Shown here in pieces: positions 38,030 to 49,686 of a stretch of 64,000 nt of DNA. The translations under genes and the position numbers were made by a program. Within the stretch, counting starts at the first letter, position 1. Every line of letters starts with the position of its first letter. The notes beneath the pieces are model-generated. The model was given only the letters and a program-made list of their open reading frames with translations. It searched no databases and was not told the DNA's origin. The DNA is from Eledone cirrhosa (lineage: Eukaryota): positions 43,710,001 to 43,774,000 of the forward strand of contig OZ024744.1 in the NCBI GenBank assembly GCA_964016885.1, given 5' to 3'.

Positions 38030-40640
38030 CAGCGTGATAGTGCGACGCTAAAATCACCGGAGGTGATGAAATCACCGGTGGTTATGTAACCATACATTCA
38101 CCAATCCTCGATAAGTGTGTTTAAATGTCGAACCTAAACAGTTCGAATAACGGTGAAGTGGAGACTGGAATGTCATGTGACAGACTCTCACCCAGCAGGT
38201 GCTCCATAGCTCAGCAGCAGGGACCTGGCAGTCAACCAAATACTGCTGGTGTCGGAGGAAGAAGAAGGAAAGGGACCAGAACCAACTGGACGAAAGAATT
38301 GAATAGAACTGTTATGCAATGTTACCAGAAGAGTAACCCCAAGGAGAAAGGCTATAGGAAATGGATGCATAACATCTGGAACGAGATTGGTCTATTTAAA
38401 TTAGATGAACAAAAATTGGCCGGGCAGGCTCGGGTAATAAGAACTAATGGGTGGATGAACGAGCTGGAACTGGAGGAACTGAGCAGAGAGATTAGGTTGG
38501 AAATGGAGAGTGGAGTATGCCAGGCAAACGAGCCAGTGGGAAATGAAGGTGAAGAGGTTGAGAGAACGGAGGAACCATCCGAAGCAGACAATGATCTGAA
38601 TGCTGAAATAAATAATTGTTTCTACTTTAGGCACAAGGCCAGCAATTATCCAGTGCATTACTGGTACTTTATTTTGTCGACCCCGTAAGGATGAAAGGCA
38701 AAGTTAATCTCGGCGGGATTTGAACTCAGTAAAGGGACGTAACTATGCTAGAATGCATGACCTGGAACAAAGATACGGCCATTGAGGAGATGAATGCTGA
38801 CGGGCTAGGACAAGATTTGGTTGATATCCTAAACTTAGTGGTTGATGAATTGAACAATGATAGTGGGAAACCTATGAACCTAAGATTTGTAGACAGGAAA
38901 AAGTTAAAAGAAACAACAGCTAAGGTAAACAAAGTCATCCCATACCTCTAGGCGAGGAGCCTTCACCAGTGCAACAATATCCTCAAAGCAACAGCAAATG
39001 CGGCGAGGAAATTACTTGGCATAAAAACGAGAGGAAACAACAAACAAGAAAGATCAGAACCTTGGTGGAAGAAACGACTGAATAGTCAAATCAGGGAAAT
39101 GAGAAATGACATTGGAAAGCTTGAGTCCCTACTGAATGGGACACTAAAAAACATAGACACTAAAAATAGACTGGAAATAAAATACAAAACTAGGAGGAAA
39201 AAGCTAAATATTATCATAGAGGAACTGATGCAACGCATTGTAGCAAAGAGTGCAAAAATTAGGCGATATGAGAGCAGAGTCAGTCAGTATAAACAGAACA
39301 GCATGTTTGACATCAACCAGAAGATGTTGTTTGGACAGCTTGAAGGGAAAGAAAGGCAACGACTTGATCCCTGAGGCGGAACAAACTAAAACATTCTGGA
39401 GAGGAATATGGGAGCAGGATGTTAAACATAATGACCAGGCAGTGTAGATTGAGACAGTACAAAAGGAGATTAGTGAACAGGCACACAAACAAACTGATTT
39501 GAGTATCACAGTTGAAACTCTTAAGGGGCAGGCCAAAAAACTAACCAACTGGAAATCTCCAGGCCCAGATGGTCTGCAGGGGTATTTGGATTAAAAATAT
39601 AACATCCCTCCACCCGAAACTGACAACCATATTCAATGACTGCTTGATGTCAGGTGAGGTACCACAGTGGTTGACAAAAGGTACCACAGTTCTGGTAATG
39701 AAAGGCCGAATCAAGGGTAATGATGTTACCAACTATAGACCTATCACATGTCTGTCCGTAATGTGGAAACTGTTGACAAGCATTATGTCTGAGGAAATAT
39801 ACCATTACATCCACACAAACAACTTGTTACCGGACGAACAAAAAGGATGCCGAAAGAAGTCCCGTGGTACAAATGACCAGTTACTTATTGATAAGATGGT
39901 AATGAGGAATTGCAGGAGGAGACACATTGGTCTTGCCTTGGAATGGATAGACTACAAAAAGGCATTTGACATGGTGCCTCATTCTTGGATCACCAAAAGC
40001 CTAGAGATCTTCAAGGTGGCAGATAACATCAGAGAGTTGTTGAGCAAAAGTATGAAGTCCTGGAAAACAGAGTTAACATCAGCTGGAGAATCCTTGGGAG
40101 GCGTGAAGATCAAGAGAGGTATCTTCCGCTGAGATTGTCTGTCCTCTCTGTTGTTTGTCCTTGCCCTGATACCCCTGCGACAAGTGAGAGCAGGATACAA
40201 GTTGGGAAAAGGAGAGCCTACCATCAACCACCTCTTCTTCATGGACGATCTTAAGCTCTTTGGGAAGCGTGAGAAGGATTTGGATGTGCTTGTTGACAAT
40301 GTCCGTATTTTCAGCGGTGATATATGTATGCAATTTGGTATTAGTAAGTGTGGAGTCCTTGTGATGAAGAGGGGTAAATTGAGCAGAAGCAACGGAATCC
40401 AGGTGAGATGATAAAGGAAATTGACACTGAAGAGGGATACACATATTGAGGTGTTCTGGAGGCAGATGACATCAAGAACAAAAAAATGAAGGAATTGATA
40501 AGATCTTAGTATATTAGGAGAGTAAGGAACGTATTAAACTCACATCTAAATAATAGGAATGCCATAAGTGCAATGAATTTCCAAGCTATGTCTATTATTA
40601 GGTGCAGTGCGGGAATTCTGAAATAGAATGTTGCTGAACA
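38030..40640 (+). mobile_element. R4/Dong-type non-LTR retrotransposon, 5' region plus RT, disrupted and 3'-truncated
   Basis: N-terminal RTNWTKELNRTVMQCY..GYRKWMHNIW; PWWKKRL; RT motifs KSPGPDG, NYRPITCL, EQKGC, DYKKAFDMVPH, HLFFMDDLKL. Several stops and frameshifts. Confidence 0.9.
38611..38758 (-). mobile_element. tRNA-derived SINE, copy 4, inserted in the R4/Dong element
   Basis: Family match; interrupts the LINE reading frame. Confidence 0.85.
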
Positions 40641-40659
40641 AAAAACAGAGGATGCAACA

Positions 40660-41710
40660 AAAAAATAATGAAAAATTCCCCAATAGGGGGGAGAATTCCG
40701 AGGGCCATCGTGGAGAAAGCCCATTAAAAAAGCCACCGTGACCCTGACCTCCAGGGCAAGTGCCCTCTCCCAGTTTTCCACCTTTAATTTACAGACACAT
40801 ACTCAGAGTAGGCCCATTCACTCGGGCCATTCTTGCCTCTCTCACCCACCTTTCAACAAAATGTTGGGAAGAGAGCACTTCCCTCTCTACCCTGATTTTC
40901 CTTTTCAAATGAAATTTGAAAAAGTTAATCAGGGCATCACCGAAGAGGTAAGTGCTCGTCTTCAGCCCTTTCAGACGCGTCCACCATACTATCTATTTCG
41001 CCATGACCACCAGACAGATAAAACTGCCTGCCCTTCCCGACAAAAGGAAGAGGACGGGGCAATCTTCTCGATGGACTCAGCTGATAGCCGGATCCGTTCT
41101 ACACGCGACATAAACCCACAAGTCAGCAATGCTCGGACACTGGACGAGTGCGTGCAGTACGGTTTCGTCGGCTTGAGCGCATCTCGGACATGCCCGACTG
41201 ACGGCACCTGTAGACTTTATCCCGAGCTGGTAAAGCTCCTCGGTAGCACTGCCAGGCCAGGGATTTCTGGAAGTTGTCCATAGGCCCCGGCCCGAAAGTC
41301 CTTCCGAAGAGATTGGTTAGTTGATTTTCGTCGACGCCTAGAGATTCCCCAAGTACGTCGTCGCTCTTCCCCTCCACTAATCCTCTATAGAACGCCAAGG
41401 TGGAGTTTCCACGGATCACATTGCCCGACATGTCGAGGGTTGTGAGCGCCTCAAGACATTCCAGTCTCCAAGCGCTACCTCTCGGTTTTCGCTTGACCCA
41501 GGACTGCAGTTCTGTCAAGGAGACGAGCTGGGGAAAGACGCGTCTAGCAAACGGCGACCACACCTGATCACCGTCGAGGAAGAGGTGGAGATGTCGTAGC
41601 CTCAGCGCATGTCTGCGCAACATCAGCCACGGTGCCCAGCCCTCCACGTAGCGGGTGTTGACAGAAGATGGAACGGCTGACCATCGGAGCGCGTCCCTTC
41701 CACAAACAGT
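40660..41710 (-). mobile_element. 3' fragment of a related, diverged Tx1/L1 subfamily
   Basis: PWLMLRRHALRLRHL..QKSLAWQCYRGALP; homologous to but clearly more diverged than 33940-34990. Confidence 0.88.
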
Positions 41711-44700
41711 GAAGAGCATACCTTGGCTGGCCGCGTCTGTCCTTCCTGGAATCGAGGACAAGACGACCATGCTGCAAGTAGAGAAAATAGGGAGAGAGAA
41801 CTGGTCAAGTATAGACATGCAAATGCTTATACAAACTGACCAGGAATGTATCGACGCTATCCCCGATATCATAGACGTTGAGGAAGGACTCCAACTCCCT
41901 ATAAACGTCGAAGGAAGACGGCCTAAATGTTCTCTCTGTCGGTCAAATGGTCACCTCAGGGCCTTTTGCATGTAGAAGACAGCGAAGAAGAAGGTCCCTC
42001 TCTTTCCAATACCTGGTCCGCTGCTACCAAGAGCAGGGCAGGCAACAAATGCAAGGGCCCCTTCCACGGTGAGTAGGAGGGCAACGTCCGTGGCACCCGT
42101 ACCAAGGCCACGGACAACTAAAGCAGCAGCATCAGTGGCGGCAACACCAATAGCTACATTTGCAGTAGCTGCACCAGCAACACAATTACCGGAGAGGGCT
42201 CCACTACCACCACCAACAGCCGTGGCGCACATACCCTTCCCAGAGGCCACGGAATACGACATGGAGTTCGAGGCGGGAGTGAAGTGACAAACTGTCTGCG
42301 AAGGCACACAAAAAAGGGAAATGGCTGCGAGGAAACTTGCAGCAACACCACCACTATAACCACCACAAGCACCACCGCCAACAACAACCACACCACCACA
42401 AGCATCACCAAAAACACCAACAGCGCAAACAAAACAAAACACACACACCAAACAGCAAAAAAATCACCCCTGCCCCCCAAAAGTACACAGCCATAAACAT
42501 GGCAAATAAAGAACTCATACAACATATAAAGCAGCACACAGACATCACAGAAAAAAACTACTACACCCCACCAACACCAAGAACTCTCCCGACAAACATA
42601 AGCATCATTGATATCAAAATAGAACAGTACAACTTTAAAAAAAAAAATTCCCCAACGCAGTTGGAGACTTCAGGAGGTTGGTTACCAAGAGGATATACAC
42701 TGACATCCTCTTGGAAACACCCATGACCAGCCAAAGGGACGGTTCTACTGTCCCTTCACCACACGATCAAGGTAGGTGATCCTTTCTCACTTGCCCCGTT
42801 TCTCATCCAACATGGCTGTACTCAGAATAGGCAGTATAAATGCACGTGGCCTGGGGTCATCTTGGAAGCAGGGTCACCTGGTCAACGACCTCGGGTCACT
42901 AAACATAGATGTGGTGGCCATCAGCGAGACCAGAATCTCCGATGCACGAGCCTACGCACCGATCTTCGGCGGCTACGATGTATACGCATCTCCCCGCCGT
43001 CCAGGATTGGGGGGAGGGGTTGCCGTCCTTTTTCGGAGAGGCTTGGATCTCGCCATACGGACCATCTTCCTAGACCCAGAAGGTAAGTCGGTGGTGCTGG
43101 ACGTGACCGGCACCGAAGGCAACGCTTTCAGGCTAGTAGCCGTCTATGCCCCCACAGGGGCAATACGGTCAGATTTCTTTAGACGTCTAGAGACCTTTCT
43201 TGGAACGTCCCGCTCTTTAGTGTTAGTGGGCGACTGGAACGGTATCTTGGATGCACGCTGGGATTGTGTAGGGCTAGTGGATAGGGGAGGAGGGTGCAAG
43301 AGCCTCACCAACCTACTCAGACGTTTTGAACTGTCTGACAGCTATCGACTGGATCACCCGAATGTGCCAATATGGACATGGACAAACCGCATCGGGTTAT
43401 CCAGATCGTATCTCGATAGGGTATTCTGCACAGAACTAGATAAGGCTAGTATAAGTTGTCCACAATTTAAAATAGTCGACTACACAGACCACAAATTTGT
43501 GATCTGTGAGATCGACATAGACAGACTTCAAAGACAAGGAGTAGGTAACTGGAAGCTGAACGCGTTTTTCCCGCCGCGCAAAGCCTACAGAGACCGGATT
43601 AGCGTATTAGTTAAGCGGGCGTTGACGGGAGCGGTCGTCAACAACAGGTGGTGGTTCGCACTGAAAAGAGTCGATTAGATTTAGCAAAGGACTAGTTATA
43701 GAGGAAAATAGAGTAGAGGGAGAGCTAGTCAGAAAGCTAGAAGAGGCGCTTAGGACAGGCATCTCAACCGACGTGCTTGCGGCGAGATTGGCACTCGACC
43801 AATTCCTCAGCGCAAAACACGAAGACTGCGTTGTCAGAGCTAGAGCGCGTGCACTGAAACACGAGGGGATAAAAGCCATCCAATGGGCCCGGGTGGCAGA
43901 GGTGCAAAGTGGCAACAAACCCACAATTCGGTCTTTATCTGACCAAAACGGGCCCGAACCCTATCAGATGTGTGAAGCTTTTCAGCAGCACTTTGCTGAT
44001 CTGTTCGGGAGCAACGGCGGCCCGGATCGGGGCATGGACTTCAGTGCATACATCGACGGAATGCTTCATCTCTCGACGACCGCAGCACAGTGTTGCGAAA
44101 AGCCAATAACAGCCGGTGAAATACGGGAAGCGATGGATAACTGCACGAGGAGTAAATCGCCAGGTTTGGAGGGTCTGCCCTACAAGATTTATGCATTTAT
44201 GCCAGACTTGTTCGGTGACCTCTTGGCAGACGTCTACTGCAACTGGCAGCAGAAGGGGAGTATTCTCAGTTTTGTGAGCCGGGGAGCGGTGGCGCTGCTG
44301 AGAAAAGACCCGACCAAGGGAGGTATTATCGATAACTTCAGGCCCATAACCCTGCTAAACGCAGAGTTCAAGATTTTGGACAAGGTGTTAGCAACGAGTT
44401 TGGCGCTTGTCGTCAAGGGTCTGGCGGAGAGGCGCACACAAGCACCATTCCGGACAGATCCATACACGACAACCACCACCTCATGCGATACATCATAGAG
44501 AGGGTGGTTAAGGAACCTGGCAAAGGTGGGGCCCTGTTCAACTTGGATCAATCGAAAGCATTCGATAGGGTCGACCACGGTACCTGGCGGCGGTCCTCGA
44601 GGCAGCAGGTTTCGGGCCCGTTTTCAGGGGTTGGATCGCTGCGATGTACAGCGGCATCTGCTCAATTGTGAGGGTGAACGGTCACCTGTCGCAGCCGTTC

Positions 44701-46500
44701 AGCATTATGCGCTCGGTCCGCCAAGATTGTGCCCTCTCCTGCCTCTTTTACGTATTGGCTCTCGAGCCGTTACTTCACAAACTGGGGGCGATGAGTGGCG
44801 TCCCATGCAAACTAGTATGCGGGAAATCCGAGTCGGCTTACGCCGACGACGTCACCGTGGTGGTGTCGAGCGCCAGACACGTCCAGTTGCTCGGTACCGC
44901 TCTCAAGGAATACGAAGCGGTGACAGGAGGAAAGATAAACCAGGAAGAGTCGGTGGGCTTGCAACTCGGCACCTGGAGAGGAAAGTCCATGCCGTCCGAC
45001 AGCGTCGTGGGGGCATTGGACGGACGGACCGGTTAAATTGCTCGGGGTCTGGTGCGGACCGGACCTCCAGATGGAGAAAAACTGGAGCGAAGTGACGTGC
45101 AGGGTGGCCTCCCTCGCCCAGAAATGGGCCGAGAGGAAGCTGTCCCTGAAAGGCCGGGCGGAGGTGGCAAATGCGTACATCGCATCCGTCATCTGCTACC
45201 GCCTCACCGTCGTCCCTTGCCCCGGCCCAACTCTCACCAAAATGGAGCGCCTGCTCTTCCGCTTTTTTGTGGAAGGGGCGCGCTCCCATGGTCAGACGAT
45301 CAATCTGCTGTCAACACCCGTTGCGTGGAGGACTGGGCATGCCATGACTGATGATGCGCAAACATGCGCTGGGGCTGCGACATCTCTGGTGCTTCCTTGA
45401 TGGTGAACAGGTGTGGCCGCCGTTTGCCAGGCACGTTTTCCCACAGCTCGTCTCCTTGACGTAGTTGCAGTCCTGGGTCAGGAAAAGACCGAGGGATAAC
45501 GCTTGGAAACTGGAATATCTCCAGGCGCACACCGCCTTCTGTCAGCTGGGCACCAGTATCGGTGGAACATCCACCTCGGCGTTATATAGAGGACTAGTGG
45601 AGGGGAAGAGCGACGACGTTCTCGGACAAACCCTGGGCGTCGAAGAAGATCAGCTGTTTGCTCTCTTCCGGAGAACTTACAGCTGAGGGCCTATGGATAA
45701 TTTCCAAAAATCCATGGCCTGGCAGTGCTACCGTTGAGCGTTGCCGGTTCGAGATAAGCTCTCCAGGCACGGAAGTGCCGTCAGCCGAGCCTGTCCGAGA
45801 TGCGCGCAGAGCGACGAAACCGTCGTGCACGCACTCGTTCAGTGTCCGAGCATTGCTGACTTGTGGAGCTATGTCGAACAGTTGCTGTTGCGTGTGGGAC
45901 TGATCCGGTTATCGACTGAGTCCATTGTACAGATGGTCTCGCCGTCTTCCTCCGAGGAGGAAGGGCAGGCGGTTTTTATCTGCCTGGTGGCCATGGCGAA
46001 AGTGATTGTGTGGTGGACAAGGTTGAAAGGATTAAAGACTTTCCTCTTCGACGAATCCCTAATTAACTTTTTCAAGTTTCACTTGAAGAGGAAAATCAGG
46101 GTGAAGAGGCAAGTGCTGCCTTCTAGCAAGTTTGTTGAAAGGTGGGTGAATGGAGCGAGAAGGGTCCGAGTGAACGGGACCACTCTTAATATACGCCTGT
46201 AGTTTGAGAAATGGAAAAATTGAGTGAGGGCGCTTGCCCTGGTGGTCAGGGTGGCCGTAGTCTTTTATGTGGTTTTTGCCACGAGTAACCCTCGGAAGTT
46301 TCCCCCCTATTGGGGTATTTTTCATTGTTTCAACTTTCACTTTTATTGTTTATATATATATATGTCTTTTTCTTTTTCTTTTCTTATAAAAATAATAAAA
46401 ATCTTTACACGCACAAAACCCATATCGTACCGTCCTGTACCGTACTGTGCCATCTGTAATGTTTTTCTTGATGTCAGCCCTTGTGGCCAAAAAAGAAATC
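41711..46500 (+). mobile_element. Tx1/L1-type LINE: partial ORF1 (zinc knuckle, ends 42726), disrupted ORF2 (42812-46202) and 3' UTR
   Basis: CSLCRSNGHLRAFC knuckle, APE domain, RT AYADDV and CPRC..H...C finger. Same 3' end as the 33765 copy, followed by (ATT)n. Confidence 0.93.
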
Positions 46501-47633
46501 ATTATTAGAAATAATATTATTATTATTATTCATTCACTTCGTAGGGAAGCTTTATAAGAGTCAAAATAACATGTTTGATGCATTTGGGATGGGAAACACT
46601 GCATACCACAACAGAAGTTTCAAATTTGTAGAAAAGACTAGATTGGATGTGATTATGAAAGACATTTTAAAATAGATAGGAAAGAAGAATAATACCTTTC
46701 TTCTGAAGAATTCACATGATACATAAACAGAGAGAAGAATGAAGATGAACCGGGCGTGTTGTGAAGAAAATGTTAAGTGATGTCCTTAACTCTTAAAATA
46801 ATGTAATGATTTAGCAGAAAATATCTAAAAACATGTTTGTTAATTAAAAGTTTATACCTTTACTATTAGACAGACAGTTGTGAAAATTTACAGTAAAATA
46901 AAGATGTTATTTTTTTAATCTATTTTGATAATGCAGATTCATGAGAAATTATATTAAGATTGAAACTTTTTCTTTCAAATGACAGTTCTTTGATGTAACA
47001 CTGTTATGGAATGGACCATGGCTGGAAACGAGGTGACTTTGCAAAGCAGAGTTTAAATGTAATATTTAAGGGGAGGAAAAGAAAGACATGACAACTCTGG
47101 GCTCATGTTTAAGGATAGTGTACGACATTCTGTCGTATATATTACTGGTACACGACCCTCATCATGATACAACTAAAGTTTCATTCAACGTAGTTGTTAA
47201 ACAAGATATATATAGTTGTGATATAAATATTGCATCATCAATTGTAGAAAGAACGACTTGCTTAGTATATAGTTTATATTAATACATTCTGTATTAATAT
47301 ACAGAGAGTATTTATTAATTATATTTTGTTAATATAAAATTTATCATTATATTTATTAGTAACACCTAACACTAACAAGTATATTTAGAAAACATTTATC
47401 AAGTTTGTGTTGCCTTGAAGTGATTCTTATTCAAATGATAATGATTCTTTATTATTCTTATTGTTTATTCATTGAATGGATTGATTTGTGTGTTTATTTC
47501 CTGTACACCTTTAACGCAGGGTTGTTTGTGCATATATTTGTGTGTATATATATGTGTATGTATATCAATGTATCTACAGAGTGTTTATCAATTTTATATC
47601 ATTCAAAAAAATATCAAAAGTATAGATTTTAAA

Positions 47634-49113
47634 GGCATACGTCAAAACGGCCGGTCGCAAAAGTGAAACTAATTTTTGACGACAGTTGCGTACGTCATTA
47701 TTTTCAATTTGGATTGTGAATTTGTTTGTTTTTTTACAACAGGTCTCAATAGTGAAAGTGAATTTTGTTGATGGTGTTAATTAGTATTGCGTGTACGTGA
47801 TATTTTTTTTTTTTTCTTTTTTTGTGTATTGTGTGTACGGAAAATTTTTTTTTAAATAATGACATTGTGTGTTGAAAGAAATAATTTTTTTTTTTTTTAA
47901 ATAACTACATAGTTATACGTTTGTTGCATATAAAATATAAATTGACGTACCTTATGAAAATCCTTATTACACCCTATAAATAGCTGAAATACAGTTGATC
48001 ATCTCGCCAAACTTGTTGGCACCCTTCTCATCGAATCCTCCAAGCTGTTGAGGATTCGCCTCCAAATACTGCTCACAGATTTCTCTAAGGAAATTGCACC
48101 AGTCTATTATTGTCGGCTTGCTAAGTCCTGTTTCTCTCATCATCTCAGTTTGGGCATGATCGTAGCACCACATATTGATAATGCCAATAAGGTGTTCGAG
48201 TCGAACACGGCTTCGATAAAATAAAGAATTCCGTCGCACCGATTGACTAAATTTGTCGCGGGCGCATCGCCATCTCCATTTATCAATCCCCTCAGAATAT
48301 CTTCTCAATGTGCACGCCTCATTGCAGACAGGACAATTCACACTGTTCGCCAACAGACGCCGACTCGCCAACCACTGTAACATACACAACGTGTCACCGT
48401 GTATCGCCGGGAACAGTGTATACATTGTTTCAAAACGATTAACAATAGCATTGGTATCCAAAATATCTTCAACTAAGGTAACCCGACCATACACTCGTCC
48501 AGCCATATTTGATGTGACACTCTATTACAATCCAGCCCTTCGGTGCTTCGTTTAAAAAAAAAAAAATGTTCCCAGGCCTTCTGACGCCAACTGCTTTTCT
48601 GACCCCAAGCTGCCTCTCTGACCCAAATCCCTTATCATTCTCTGTCCTTCTTATCACCCTACCTTAATTTCTTTGGCGACAGAGAGTTGGTGCCAACAAG
48701 GTTGGCGAGATGATCAACTGTATTTCAGCTATTTATAGGGTGTAATAAGGATTTTCAATATTTATTTATTTCAACACACAATGTCATTATTTAAATAAGG
48801 ATTTTCAATATTTATTTATTTCAACACACAATGTCATTATTTAAATAAGGATTTTCAATATTTCTTTCTTTCAACACACAATGTCATTATTTAAAAAAAA
48901 ATTTTCCGTACACACAATACACAAAAAAAGAATAAAAAAAAATTATCACGTACACGCAATACTAATTAATACCATCAACAAAATTCACTTTCACTATTGA
49001 GACCTGTTGTAAAAAAAGCAAACAAATTCACAATCCAAATTGAAAATAATGACGTACGTAATTGTCGTCAAAAATTAGTTTCACTTTTGCGACCGGCCGT
49101 TTTGACGTATGCC
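47634..49113 (-). mobile_element. Internally deleted Merlin/ISXO2-like (IS1595-related) DNA transposon
   Basis: Long terminal inverted repeats (TIRs) start GGCATACGTCAAAACGGCCGGTCGC. 9-bp TSD GATTTTAAA at 47625-47633 and 49114-49122. ORF 47967-48506 has CPVC..WRWRC, SVRRNSLF, TIIDWCNFLREIC..QLGG but no DDE core. Confidence 0.9.
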
Positions 49114-49459
49114 GATTTTAAAATGAGTTTGATCTTTACAATACAGTTCCACAGATGTTAAGATAAATAGCAGTTACGACATGTTGGATCAGATCTAATC
49201 TATTGTTGCTGCGGGTTTTGCTGTTGTTGTTTGAGGTGACGTATTCTGTAGTGATGGAGTTTGATTGTGTTTCCGGATCAAGTACTTTCATCTTTATTCT
49301 CAATAGATATTAGCTTTCAATCATTTTTACATCAAGACAATGACGCCATTTACATATTTGTAGCTTACAGCTATAATTGTTTGAAACATGGCTACTACAT
49401 CAATGTTTAAGTGAACAGCGGTGAGATTTGAACTGGAACATAGCTTAACAAATCAATAT

Positions 49460-49589
49460 AATTATTTCTACTTTTGGCACAAGGCCAGCAATTATTCCAA
49501 TGCATTACTGGTACTTTATTTCATCGACCCTGTAAGGATGAAAGGCAAAGATAACCTCGGCGGCATTTGAACTCAGACCATAAAGGGCA
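49460..49589 (-). mobile_element. tRNA-derived SINE, copy 5 (head truncated)
   Basis: Family match from the tail through the B-box. Confidence 0.82.
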
Positions 49590-49686
49590 ATCAATATTGT
49601 GCAAAGTCTTAAGTCAAACTCTTTACCATTTCTAACATATTGCTGCACTTTGACTATATATATGATAGTAGTGACATCTGAAATTA

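Noticed and set aside
32709-40640. The two R4/Dong pieces as one element split by the Tx1 insertion
   Set aside because: The 3' piece lies upstream of the 5' piece on the same strand, which simple insertion cannot produce. They are treated as separate copies.
42765-42780. Splice-donor-like AAG|GTA(A/G)GT between Tx1 ORF1 and ORF2
   Set aside because: No matching acceptor was identified and such motifs arise by chance; transcript data would be needed.
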